Source of the DNA: Callorhinchus milii
Taxonomy: Eukaryota
Reading direction: 5' to 3'
Length of the DNA stretch: 64,000 bases
Assembly: GCF_018977255.1 (NCBI RefSeq)
Contig: NW_024704742.1
Span: 131,256,001-131,320,000 of the forward strand
Positions 1 through 11,945 of this stretch are shown one piece after another (the first letter of the stretch is position 1; every line of letters starts with the position of its first letter). Position numbers and translations under genes: made by a program. The notes beneath the pieces are model-generated. The model had not been told where the DNA came from. It ran no database searches and worked only from the letters and a program-made list of their open reading frames with translations.

Positions 1-529
1 TTTGTCAGTGATTAGTATTGTGGGATCGGAGATATAATTGTAACTATGAGTGTTCGGACACCGAAAACCACTTTTAATCTGAGTTTGCCAAATGGTTAGT
101 TGCGAATCCTGTGAAAAAGTCAGCAAAGCCTTAAAAAAATAGCCTGGCACCAAAATGCCATTGGCAAAGCTTTCATTTTTTCTGACATTTGCAACTACTT
201 AATAATAATAATAATAATGATCCTTGCATTTGAATAGCGCCTTATCAAGTCAATAAGACCTCTCAAAGAGCTTCACAGAATATACTGTAAAGTGAATTGA
301 CTATATGTTTTGTTAACAGAGCAACAAATCCAGTTTGGAAATATCGCAAATTAGACCCTGCAGTGTCAATCTTGTGTTTGCTCCTTCCTAACAGCCTGAT
401 TTGGTGTTTTGGGTATGAGCAGAATTTCAGTTGGATACAACCAACAAACTGGATTCATTTAAGACGCATCTCGATGCTATAATGCAGGAAGAATATTGCA
501 ATAGCATAGGTTTACAAGGATCATACTTG

Positions 530-975
530 TGATGAGTGGGGATGGCTATCAAGAAAGATTGGATGGACAGACTGGAGCTGTTCACTCCCTGGACAAGGGA
601 TGACTGAAAGGGGACCTGATGGAGGCGTTTAAGGTTCTGAAAGAATTTGATAAGTTAGATGTTAATAGGCTGTTTCCAGTGTTTATAAATCCAAGACGGC
701 ATAAATATAAGATAGCCAGCAGTATAGGGTGGCCAAAAAGACTGTGGTATCAACTCTATTATCTAAAAAACCCATCATTTCTTTAAGATGTATTAGACAT
801 TGTAATGGTATCACAATTGTTGGGTCACCCTGTAGATCCGGTAGGTAGTTGAGAATGTGGAGCTCACTGCTGGAAGCTGCGGTTGAAGCAAAAAGCAATG
901 AAGCAAGGCCTGTTGGAGTATGAAGACTGGACGTACTGGTTGGGCCGAATGGCTTGTTCCTATACTATAATGCTC
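530..975 (+). mobile_element. Degraded CR1-clade LINE 3' fragment (ORF2 C-terminus and 3' end)
   Basis: Encodes remnant LKGDLMEAFKVLKEFDKLDVNRLFP, similar to the CR1 ORF2 RLRGDLIEVFKILKG motif; ends in TTGGGCCGAATGGCTTGTTCC, a CR1-type 3' end. Confidence 0.75.
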
Positions 976-3259
976 TACGTAATCATATGTAACAGGAAGG
1001 CGGAAGGGTGGGTACTCTGGAAACATGGGATTAAATGGGCCAAAGCCTTGTGATCCTGTGAACTCCCTTGGAAGAAATTACAGCTTAGAGAATTGAAATT
1101 CCACCTAGTCTCAGCCTGTAAAACAGTATTATCTCTAAGTATACGATTACATAGAATTTTGGAAAACTCTTAAATTCAGTTTTCATTTGGGAGCCAACAT
1201 CTTTTTTAAAACCATAACCTCCAAATAAAGGCTGAATTTAAAAACCCTAAGCAGTGTTGTGCCATCTTAAGCTTTAAGCCAAAATGGTCTCACAGGCTAA
1301 AGCTGTGAAGCCCTTTTAGGCATCCTCCCAACCTGAAAGTCGCTATATGAAATGGAAAGATTATTATTTATTACAACTGCTGTGCGCATTTGGCTGCCGC
1401 GTTTCTCCCACAAAATACACAGTCAATCCACTCTACAGTATATTCTGTCAAGTGCTTTAAGATGTCTCAACGGTGTTGGTAAGGCGCTGTATCAAATGCA
1501 AGGATTATAATTAGCATTATTACTATTTATTCCATGGAATCAGCTTGCGCTCAGTAAGCCAGAGAAAAAAGGGATGTGTGTGACTTGCTGATGGGTATGT
1601 GGTGGTGGGGGGGAGGGCGAAAGGGAGAATGGAGAGAGGGTGAGGAGGGAATGATCTCTCTGTCAACTCACCGATGTACAAGTCTCAGACATGAGTTAGA
1701 ATAAAGGAACAAGCCATTTCACCATGGACTGGTCTTCAAAATAAGGCTCTTATCTGGTCCCAAAAAACATGCTAAAAGCCTATTTAGTGTACACTATATT
1801 ATGTCAAATTTGCATAATCATTGCGCACCATAATTTTAATAATGATTTCTAATGGGTTTTAGCAGCTTTGTGTAACTCGGTTTCCTGATATGATAAGACC
1901 ATTGACTTGCTGACTGGCGTCAGAAGCTTTTTAGTGGAACAGTTCTGCAGGCAATGTTTTTTTCCGGCTCTTCAAGACACGTCTAGGAGCTTTGCACGTG
2001 TGCCAGGAGATAAAAATGGGCGATTGGTTCACATTTCCCTTTGATGTGACACGTGGCCGCTGCACTGTGTCGTTTGCTGCTGACAGGCTCTCATTGTATA
2101 ACTGTACTTTGACGTGTGGAATGCTGCGCTGATGTTTAACGGGCCTTCCTGCTGGCCGTTTGCCTACACAATTACACAGTCACTACACACACCCTGCAAT
2201 TAAATCCCGTGAAGCGCTTTGAGATGTCCTTCTGACGTGAAAGGGTCACATCAAATGCACAGATTATTATTAATTATTATCCTTCCATTTGATATGCAAC
2301 AACAAATTACATTTGTATAGCGTGTTTCAGGTTGGAAAGATGTCCCAAGGCGCTGGACAGCCAGGGATATGGACCTGCCTTGTACAGTGAGTGCCTTATC
2401 ATGCACTCGAAGTGAATTGATTGTGTATATGTAGGCGAACGAGGCAGAACAATTGCGCACAGCTATGTCTCACACACAGCCTTTCAGTGAGTGACTGATT
2501 TTATTTTGCGGGGTGTGGTGGGTGGGGGACAGGATTATTGTTGGCCAGGACATAAAACGTAATTAACATGAAAGCTGTGGCCTGAGCCTATGCATGGTTT
2601 GCTCTGAGCAATGCGGACTGTTTATATGAAGCTGACGCACTCCCCCCGCCCGTCTTCCCCCCACGCCCAAACCTCACACACACAGCGAGCGCTATCTTCC
2701 TCCTCGTCTAGGGAGCAGCATCAAAGGAAATCTGAAATCCAAGATCTAGGCTGAATTTCTGGAGTTCAAAGGGACTGGCTCAAATCCAAACCTTTGTTTG
2801 ACTTGCTATGGATTTACCCAGGATTTCATTATAAATCTACCTCACCACCACCACTGTCATCGCCCAACAAAAAAAAAGTAAAATTTTTGATAGAAAAATT
2901 GCGCTTTTCAAAGGCTGTGGATAAAAATGTGACTGATCACTCTCCAGGCTTTCGGTACGTGTTCCTGTGATCTTCTTAGACTTTTGAAACTATTTTATTT
3001 CCTGGGGAATTACATTGCTATTTCTTAGAGTTTCTTAGAGATTTCTGCACTGAGCTTTACATCTTAAGAGGAGTAAACCTCACCCTTCATATAAACTCAC
3101 ATACCCACAACCTGGTCATGCCCTTAACCTCGTTATCACCCTCGGCCTTGACATTTCCAACCTCAGCATAGTGGACAAGGCCATCTCGGACCACTTTGTC
3201 ATCTCCTTCTCCTTTCACATCCCTCACTTCTCCACCAAGCCCTCAACCATCCTCTACCA

Positions 3260-3438
3260 TTCTCTTTGACCGTGCCTTCAGCTCCCCTCTCGACTCTCTA
3301 CCCCCTCCTCGCTCCCTCCCTTCCCTCCCCTCACCCTGACCATTTCCCCCCTGCTCGGGTCCTGACCCAACTGTACAGCGCCTTGGGGCGTCCTCCCGAC
3401 GTGAAAGGCGCTCTATAAATGGAATCTTGTTGTTGTTG
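3260..3438 (+). mobile_element. L2 3'-end fragment nested inside the larger L2
   Basis: Ends in the CAGCGCCTTGGGGCGTCCTCCCGACGTGAAAGGCGCT...(TTG)n tail; TACCA duplicated at 3255-3259 and 3439-3443; removing it restores TILYHPWKRL. Confidence 0.9.
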
Positions 3439-4228
3439 TACCACCCTTGGAAAAGGCTACCCCCTGAGACCCTCACAAATGCCCTCACATCATCAAACAT
3501 CCTATCCCTCTGGCCTTCCACCTGCTGAGATCCTGAAGCAGCCATCCAGCTGCTCCATGATCGCCTCTCCTCCACCTTCAACTCCCTCGTCCCCCTAAAA
3601 TCCATGACCATCTCCAAACCCACCCGATCCCCCTGGTACAACAACCATCTCCGACGCCAAAAAAACCAAACCTGGCTGCTCGAGGGCAGAAAACTAGCCT
3701 GACAATCCACCGCCAACTATGCCTCGAGCATCTCCACAGCTACTGTTGTTCTTTGACACGCACAAAAACGGCCTTTTACTCCAACATCATCTTGGAGGCT
3801 AAACACAACCCTAAAATCCTTTTTTCCACCACCCACTACCTCCTCCGTGCCTCCCTTCAGGCCTCCTCAATCTTCATATCAAATGCAAGGAGATCATGGA
3901 CTTCTTCTCTTCTAAAATACTTAACATCCGCCAGGCAGCCTCATACGCTTGCCTCTTGTCACCCACCACCACTCCCTCTCGTCCCCCTCACCCTCCCCAT
4001 CATCTGTTCCCACCACCACCCACATCCTACATTCCTTCCTCCCCATCTCTCCCTCCTCCCTCTCACCGACCATCATCTCCATGAAACCCACCACCTGCTG
4101 TCATCACCCCCCTCCTCAAAAAACCTTCCCTAGATCCCTCAAACCCCAGCCACTACCGCCCTATTTCTAACCTGACCTTCCTCACAAAAGTCCTGGAACG
4201 CGTTATTGCCAATCAATTTCACGCACAC

Positions 4229-4288
4229 AACAACAACAACAAGATTCCATTTATAAAGCGCCTTTCACGTCAGGAGGACGTCCCAAGG
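4229..4288 (-). mobile_element. 60-bp L2 tail-only insertion inside the L2 RT region
   Basis: (CAA)n plus the reverse complement of the L2 terminal hairpin; removing it restores ANQFHAHLSSH. Confidence 0.85.
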
Positions 4289-5654
4289 CACCTCTCCTCC
4301 CACTTCACTCTTCGAACCCCTCCAGTTCGGTTTCTGCCCACAGTACAGAGACTGCACTTGTGAAAGTCACAAACGACATCCTCTCTATCTATGACCAGAG
4401 TTTCCTCTGCCTCCTTGTCCTCCTGGACCTCTCTGCCGCGTTCGACACAGTCGATCACACCATCCACCTCCACCGGCTTTCCTCCGTCATCCACCTCAGT
4501 GGGACCGCATTCGCCTGGTTCGAGTCCTACCTCACAAACCACCAGAAGTACATCTGCACAAACGGCTTCTCCTCCCTCTCTCACCCGGTTACCTGCGGGG
4601 TACCCCAAGGATCCATCCTTGGCCCCCCCTCCTCTTTCTGATCTACATGCTCCCTCTTGGGGATGTCATCCGCAGACATGGGGTAAAGTTCCACATGTAT
4701 GCGGACGACACACAACTCTATTTTTCCACCTCTCTTTGCGACCCCCAGTCCCCGGATGTTCTGTCAGCCTGCCTGTCAGACTTAGGGGCTGGATGAGCGC
4801 AAACTTTCTTCAGCTGAACGTTGACAAGATGGAAGCCATACTCTTTGACTCTCGTCAACGTCTATCCGACCTCCCATGAAAACTCTCCGAACCTGTACAC
4901 AACCTAGACGTCAGGTTCGACTCCCAGTTATCCTTCCTCCCCCACAACCGGTCCCTCACTAGCACCGCCTTCTTCCATCTCCGACGCATCGACCGTCTCT
5001 GCCAATACCTCTCTCCGAAAGCCGCTGAAACCCTGGTCCATGCTTTTGTCACCTCTCGGCTGGACTATTCTAATGCCCTCCTCGCCGGCCTCCACTCCAC
5101 TACCATCCACAAAATCCAGATTATTCAAAACTCTGCAGCCCGCCTTCTCACCCACACCAAACTCAGCTCCCTGATCACCCCAGTCCTTGCCAGACTGCAC
5201 TGGCTGTCTGTCCCAGAGAGGATCAACTTCAAGATCCTCATCCTTGTCTTCAAATCCCTCCACTCCTCTGCACCCCCCTACCTCTCTGACCTCCTCTCTC
5301 CTCAAAACAGTGCCCGTTGGCTTCGTTCCTCCGTGTCTGGCCTCCTCCTCGTCCCCTGAGTCCTCCGCTCCACCCTCGGCGGCCGTGCCTTCAGCCACTA
5401 TGCCCTGAGGCTCTGGAACTCGCTTCCTCACTCCCTTCGCCTCACTCCCTCCCTTCCTATTTTCAGGTCTCTGCTGAAGATTTTTCTTTACGACCACGCC
5501 TTTGGTCACCTTCCTCCCCCTCCCCCTGGCTCGGCCCCGGGACCCGTTACTGTGAAGCACTCTGAGACGCCGTCCAGCGTAGATGGCGCTATATAAATCC
5601 AAGTTGTTGCTGTTGTAAACTGCAGGGGTATGGGGAAAAGGCTGGTAAGTGGGA

Positions 5655-5879
5655 CTGATGTTTATTTTTATCTGGGTGATTGTTGGCTGGGACACCAGAA
5701 GAAACGAATAGGGCCATGGTCCTCAGTTTAATGTCTCATCCGCAGAACGGTGCCTCTGCCAATGCAGCACCCCCCAGCACTGCACTGGAGTGTGAGCTGA
5801 GACTGTGAGCATAAAGTTCCAACTTGGACTTGAATCCACAGCCTTCTGACACAGAGGAGAGAATGAGCCAGGCTGACAC
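5655..5879 (-). mobile_element. Deu-domain tRNA-SINE (family 1), partial
   Basis: Reverse complement begins TGTCAGCCTGGCTC...TCAGAAGGCTGTGGATTCAAG; internal deletion. Confidence 0.75.
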
Positions 5880-5956
5880 AAGTCAGGTAGGCAATCAGGT
5901 CCAAAATCTATTCTTTAAGCAAATCTCAGACCCTCAAACATTAAATATATAATATC

Positions 5957-6325
5957 AATAATGCTTGCTTTTGTTATAGTCTTATCACTCCATTGAGACG
6001 TCTTAAAGAGCTTCAGAGAATGTACTTTAAAGTGAATTGACTGTATATTTTATGGGCCAAACGTGGCAGCCAATTGCGTACAGCGGTGTCCCACAAACAG
6101 CAGTGGTTTGAATATGATTAATATTTTATTTATATATATTTTTGAAGGGGTTATTACCCCGGAAAGCATTCCGTTAGTCGAACAACCAGGTTCCTCCTTA
6201 TTGCTAGGGAAACAGAGGAGTGTAGAGTAAGGAAACTTACCTAAGATTTCGTCCTGCCCGGGAATTTAATCTGGATCCTGTCGCCTGTGAGGCGAGCACT
6301 CTAACCACTATGCTACAGGACTCCA
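5957..6325 (-). mobile_element. tRNA-Ala-like SINE (family 2), long form
   Basis: Head TGGAGTCCTGTAGCATAGTGGTTAGAGTGCTCGC; central CTCTGTTTCCCTAGCAATAAG...AACCTGGTTGTT segment; shared 3' tail. Confidence 0.85.
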
Positions 6326-7070
6326 AGTTGTTGTACTTCAGCAGAGAAATGCAGCAGAAGTCTTCAAAGGGGGTAATAATGGACTTTTTCATTAATGTTC
6401 CACGTTTTATCCCTGTTCTCCTTGATCATATTCAGCATGAATAATTTTATCCAGTGCAGTTGCCAAAGATTTCATTCAAAATATATAATGTATATCATCT
6501 ACAAAAAGAACCCGGCACTTAAAGGAGTATTCAAACGATCCATTGACATCTACATCTATCCAAATACTCCTCAGGGTACCTTTTCGTATGTCTTTATATG
6601 GATCAAATCTCTCATTATTACTTAATGACTGTGGAAGCTCAAATTAATGTGAGGCACCTCTAATGTCGAAAGGTCATTTATTTATCAAATGTCCTGAGCA
6701 TTCACAAATTCAATTAAAATGTTTTATGAAAGTAATGTTGCTAGATACTCCACCATCACAGCACTGAGACTTCAGACTTCCATCCAGTCTGAGACCATCA
6801 AGACCGACTCAGGTCTTAAAAGATTTGAGATCACACAGAGAGTTCTTTAACTCGCTCTTTGTTTTGGAAGCTGTTTGTTTTTTGTCCACAGCTCTTAAGT
6901 AGATAGCGACATCACTAAACGGAGAGGGAATTTGTAGGAGGTTTCTATGTTTCTGGGACACAGGTTATACAGTCAATTCACTTTACAGCATATTCTGTGA
7001 AACTCTTTGGGACGTCTTGAAGACGTGATAAGGCGATATATCAAATGCAAGGATTATTATTATAATTGGT

Positions 7071-7465
7071 GTGTCAGCCTGGCTCAGTCGGCTGTAATTT
7101 CATTGTATCTGAGTCAGAAGATTGTGGGTTCAAGCCCCCACGTCAGGACTTGAACTCACATAGTCTGGGCTGACACTCCAATGCAATGCTGGGGTGAGTG
7201 GGGAAGGGGTTGTTCTCTGCGTTGATGCAGGTGCTGTCCTTCGGGTGAAATATTAATCTCAGGGGCCATCTAGCTGTTCAGGTGGGCGTTCGTTAAAGAC
7301 TTCAGAACATGACTCCAAAAGAGAAGGGTGTTTCTCTTGGTGTCCTGACCAACAATCCCCCAGATAAAGTTGTTCATTTGCTTCATGGCTGTTTGTGGGA
7401 CATTGCTGTGTACAATTTGGCTGTTGCGTTCGCCAATAAAATACACAGCCCCTCCACTTTACAGT
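7071..7465 (+). mobile_element. Deu-domain tRNA-SINE (family 1)
   Basis: TGTCAGCCTGGCTCAG head, B-box GGTTCAAGCC, Deu-like CTGTTCAGGTGG...TTAAAGA...GGCTGTTTGTGGGACATTGCTGTG. Confidence 0.85.
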
Positions 7466-7654
7466 AAAAAACTGCATTCTGTTTTTTGAGCAGTGACGTG
7501 GGATCTTTGACATCCACCTAAACAGGCAGAAGCCTTGGTTTTAATTTCTCATCTGAAGGACGGCATCTCTGACAATGCAGCACCATCCCTCCCTCCCCAT
7601 TGCACTGGAATATCAGCCTGGATTGTGAGATGTGGGCTTGAATTTGAGGGCATA

Positions 7655-7935
7655 GTTTTAGAACAAGAACTTGGAGGTCCAGAAAGGAGATTAGGAAAAA
7701 CTTTTTCACATGGCGAGTGGCAGGAATATGGAATTCTCTGCCCACAGTCAGTTGTTGGGGCCGTAACCATGTGCACAGACAAAAAAGACTGGACACATGG
7801 TTGAGGGAAAATAAAGTTGAGGGATGTGGGGAAAAAGACAAGATTGTGGTATTAGCGATTGCTATATCTAGGACAGGTACTCTTGTGGAGTCGAAACACC
7901 AGCCAGACTGGATGGCCTGTTTCTGAGCTGTACTC
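7655..7935 (+). mobile_element. CR1 3' fragment
   Basis: TTTTCACA...GGAATTCTCTGCCCACAG (FFS..WNSLP-like) followed by GGATGGCCTGTTTCTG end. Confidence 0.7.
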
Positions 7936-8698
7936 TCTATGAGAACTCTGGGAAGCTACCCTGCGTGAGGGACGCTATATAAATTCAAGTTGCTGTTGCT
8001 ATGAAAAAAAATCCTCTGACTCGGAGGCATGAGCAGTATCGACTGAGCCAGGCTAACATCAATTATTTTTAGTAAATAATAAATGGGTTATTTCAATCAC
8101 ATTACAGTCAAGGAATTTTCATAAGATTAGTTTCAACGCATGGCAATGCTCTGTTCTACCGCATCCCAGCTGACAATGCAGGAGTTCGGGGATTAAAACC
8201 GATGCCCGTTCTGCGGATCGCGAAGCCTATTTTGCTCGCCGTTTGTTTGGGGAAATGGCTAACTGCAAAGAAAGAGCAGGCGAGTGAACATCTTCATGCA
8301 GGAGCTAATCCGATGACACGCTGAACTGCAGGGGGATGAGTGCGGCTGGTAATTCACACCATTCACACACAGGAGATTGGAAAAGGGGACAAACATCAAA
8401 TTCATTCCACCTTTTGGTCTGCTCGGACGTGTCGGCTGAATGAGATGCGCCTTAATCTATTTGTGCAACTCTCCAGACGAAAGGCTAATGTAAAAGTCAA
8501 TTCCCACAATTCTTTGCCGACTCCCGAGAAACACAATTCAGCTTGTCCGTACAAGGCTTCTAGATTTCATAAGGTCAGTTTTACTTTTTAGAGTGTCTTG
8601 CGCACGGCAGTGTTCGAAGCCTCTCACAATCCGGATCCTGATCCGTGTTACCCTCCTCTGTGAATAAGCGAAATTATATAAAAATCCTCGCATTTGAC

Positions 8699-9030
8699 AT
8701 AATAATAATAATAATAATAATAATAATCGTTGCATCCGATAGACGTCTCAAAGCAAGAAGTGAATTGACTGTACATTTTGTGGGCAAAACGCGGCAGCCA
8801 ATTGCACACAGCAGTGTTCCACAAACAGTCGTGGATTGAGTGACCAAATTATTATTATTTTATTTGTTTCTTTTGTTTAAGGGATTATCACTCCCAGAAA
8901 GCAATCCACCAATCGACTAACAACCGGGTTCCTACTTACTGCTAAGTAAACAGAGTTGTGTGGAGTAAGATTTTGCCCCACCTGGGAATCACACCCGGGT
9001 CCTCTCGCTTGCTAGGGGAGCGCTCTAACC
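8699..9030 (-). mobile_element. Family-2 tRNA-SINE, long form
   Basis: (TAA)n tail, CACAGCAGTGTTCCACAAACAG, CGACTAACAACCGGGTTCCTACTTACTGCT, tRNA head. Confidence 0.85.
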
Positions 9031-9081
9031 AAGCGTCTTTTACATCGGGAAAAGACGACACAAAGCTCTTTGCAGGATAAA

Positions 9082-9515
9082 TTATAATAACATTCCTTGC
9101 ATTTGAAATAGCATTTTACCACACATTGTCAAGACCTCTCGAAGCGCTTCACAGGATTGTACTATGATGTGTAGTGACTGTATATTTGTAGGGAAACGCG
9201 GCAGCCAGTTTTGCACACAGCAATGCCTCACAAGCAGTCATGAAATGAATTACAAACTTTATATTGGGAGATTTTTGGCAGGGACGCCATGAGAAATTCC
9301 TTTCTCTTTTTGAATTAGCGCCATGGTGTCTTTGACGTTCACCTGAACAGGCAGACAGGACCTCGGTTTGAACATCTCATCTGAAGGACGGCATCTCCGA
9401 CAATGCAGCCCTGCACTGCACCTCATTGAGCTGTCAGCCGAAACAGTGTGTGCTCAAAGTTCCACTACACTTCTGACTCAGTGGCGAGAGTGCTACCAAC
9501 TGAACCAGACTCACA
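9082..9515 (-). mobile_element. Deu-domain tRNA-SINE (family 1), near full length
   Basis: Tail CCTTGCATTTG...AAGCGCTTCACAGG, Deu core CACCTGAACAGGCAGAC, head GAGAGTGCTACCAACTGA. Confidence 0.85.
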
Positions 9516-9888
9516 CCATAAATGCCCAACGGTTGAGATGTTGCATAGAGGTTATACACAAGGGATAGGTGAAGAAACAGCTAGATTGTGTGGTGAATTG
9601 CACAACACAATTGCAGGGCAAATCCTTGTCTCTTTACTTAGCGTTCACACCTAGAGGAGCAGGAGCAATGGCATTCTGTGTGGGACAATTTCAAGCTGGA
9701 TTTAAATGTATATAAATGTAAATTGTATTGTATTATATTTGTTCACAACACAGCAGGACAACTTGCCACATGATTTAGCAGCAAGTTGTAGTTTCAAAGT
9801 TCACTGGATTTGTTTTTCGAAACTAGGGGAATGTCTCCGCATTCAAAACATATGTGGACGGCTTCTTGTCAAGGCGATGAAGTAGACA

Positions 9889-10195
9889 ATAACACAATTT
9901 ATCCAGCATCTGTCACATCAAGAGGCTGTCTGAAAGCACTTCACCTTACTGGCTGGACATCCAAGCTAGGTTGGGGGGAGCAGAAGAGGGTGGGGAGGAG
10001 AAATTTGGCCGAAAGCGTGGACCAAAGAGTCTTGAGGTTGGGTTTGAACGTGGGAGGGAAGGAAGGAGTCGGAGGGATCAGGATGGAGTTCCAGAGAGTG
10101 AGGTGGGTGGGGTGGGTGGGGAGTGGGGACAGAATGGCTGAAAGCTCTCATCTGCCGATGGGAGGGGATGGATAGGACGGGGGATGCGAAGCAAG
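9889..10195 (-). mobile_element. Old L2 3' fragment
   Basis: GGATGGAGTTCCAGAG...GGCTGAAAGCTC (antisense of RAFS...LWNSIP). Confidence 0.65.
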
Positions 10196-11145
10196 GCGAT
10201 ATTGGCTGGTTGGAAGGCCACCGCATTCTCTGTTTCTGTCATCTTGCACCTTCTGTGAGGAGCATCTGAAACCCACATGGCTTTGGCTTTCTTTCTAAAG
10301 GATAATTTCCAAAGTTGTTACGTGGGCAAAACGTAACAATGCCGGGGAGAGTAAAGCTGTTCCAAAAAGCCCAGCACTCGAGTTTTAATTCATGTCTCAT
10401 AGTCTGATCCACATCTTCCCAAGCTATTTACTCTCCCACAATTGTAAACTGTCGGAGTAAAAAAAAAACGTGGATAAGTGTCTGACAGCCAGACTTAGAG
10501 AATATTTACCTAAAACCCATGAATATTATTAAACCGGCTTTGGTGCTTGCAAATCCTCAAGAAGGGGATTAAAGGGGGGTGACTCTGCCTGCCTGTCTGT
10601 CACACAAATATCACGGTGATAACAACTCGTATTGTCATATAAAGCCTCTGCTTATAGGAGATAGAAATCCTTAAACCTCCTTTAAAAGAACACAGGAATA
10701 CGCTGAGGCAACCCAAATACCCACAGCGTAGCACGAAGCAATTCTCGTGGTCTTGTTTGCGCTCTGAGCATGTGCACGGGAAAGGCAGGGGGGTGAGGAG
10801 GGGGGATGAGTAGGGAGGGGCTATCTGCTTTTGGCACCTGGCCGTGTGAAGTCAATGCAAAGTTCTCATCCAACTTAACAGCACTGAAGGAGCCCATTAC
10901 TCTGTGTTCAGTGTACAGCCTAAGTTGACACTCCCTTCTCTTTCCAAATAGTGTCATGGCAACTTGGATGAACAAGCAGGCGGGACCTCAGATTAACATC
11001 TTATTCCGAAGGATGGCACCTCTGACAATGCAGCGCTCCCCCACCTCCCTCTCTGAGGCAACACCGATGCTTAACACATCCTGAGTACAGTGAGTGTTTC
11101 CGTGTCACTACAAAAATGTGTCTCAGAGTCTGGTTTCATCTCGTC

Positions 11146-11292
11146 TAGTGGTGACCAGACAACCTTTTTTGGTTGGCCAACAAAATAATCATAGATATAA
11201 TAAAACAGCCACAGATTTATGCCATAAATCAAGAAATATTCGATCAAGAAACATTTATTTTGGTGGCCAACCAAAAGAATTGGCCACCACTG
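11146..11292. mobile_element. MITE-like palindromic element with hAT-like CAGTGG terminus
   Basis: Inverted arms 11167-11188 / 11255-11276 (21/22), outer arms AGTGGTGACCA / TGGCCACCACT, central GATTTATG-C-CATAAATC palindrome. Confidence 0.7.
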
Positions 11293-11706
11293 ACCTAGGT
11301 GAATAGACACCCAGGCCTAGACTAAAGAGCTTCCACATTTCCATTAATTGCGTTGCTCAGAACAAGGCGACCTCTCACAGGAATACTCAATGCGCTGCCA
11401 CACGGCTAGCAATTTAAGTTGCACTATTGTCCCAGGCCAATTGTTCTAAGACTGGTTAATTTTCCCTCATGATAAAGAAATCAACGATACAAAAGGCATG
11501 GCAGATACAAACCCAGGCCCGAACATCTCATTATATTTCGTGCCCACAGACTCGGCAAAGGGCGACAAAGAATACACATGCTGGGAACATTCGATATGGC
11601 TCAGACCATACAGTCCCGATATGTTTCATATCACTCCCTGAACATTACAAACACATATTAGACGAGTGGGGTGGGGGGTCTAATAACTTAGAAAGTCCTA
11701 AAGTAC

Positions 11707-11945
11707 CACAAGATCACAAGATTGGTTCAGATGAAGAAGGCCATTCAGCCCATTTGATTTAATTCACTCACCCATCCTCCCATTACACTGCTGAGCTATT
11801 TCTTAAATGAATGCAGGATCCTGGCCTCAAGTACCCTGCCTGGTAACCCTGGTTCCTGTTGTTAATTTACCCTGTGTGTAAAGAAATACTTCCTGGTGCT
11901 TATTGTTTAACCCTGAGGCTGTGCCCTTTTGTCCTGCACCCTTGA
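11707..11945 (-). mobile_element. Old CR1 3' fragment
   Basis: (CACAAGAT)2 tail, GAAGGCCATTCAGCCCAT, TGTGTAAAGAAATACTTCCT. Confidence 0.65.

Larger units (their letters stand above)
3079..5614 (+). mobile_element. 5'-truncated L2-clade LINE with disrupted ORF2 (endonuclease C-terminus, RT, C-terminal domain, 3' tail)
   Basis: GHALNLVIT and ISDHFVI (end of APE domain, ~3110-3205), LLDLSAAFDTVDH, GVPQGSILGP (~4597-4626), MYADDTQLY (4695-4721), [19 protein letters not shown]; frameshifts present; 3' hairpin plus (TTG)n tail; GTAAAC direct repeat at 3073-3078 and 5615-5620. Confidence 0.95.

Noticed and set aside
4928..5695. Longest ORF in the track (255 aa, minus strand)
   Set aside because: Antisense shadow of the C-rich L2 ORF2
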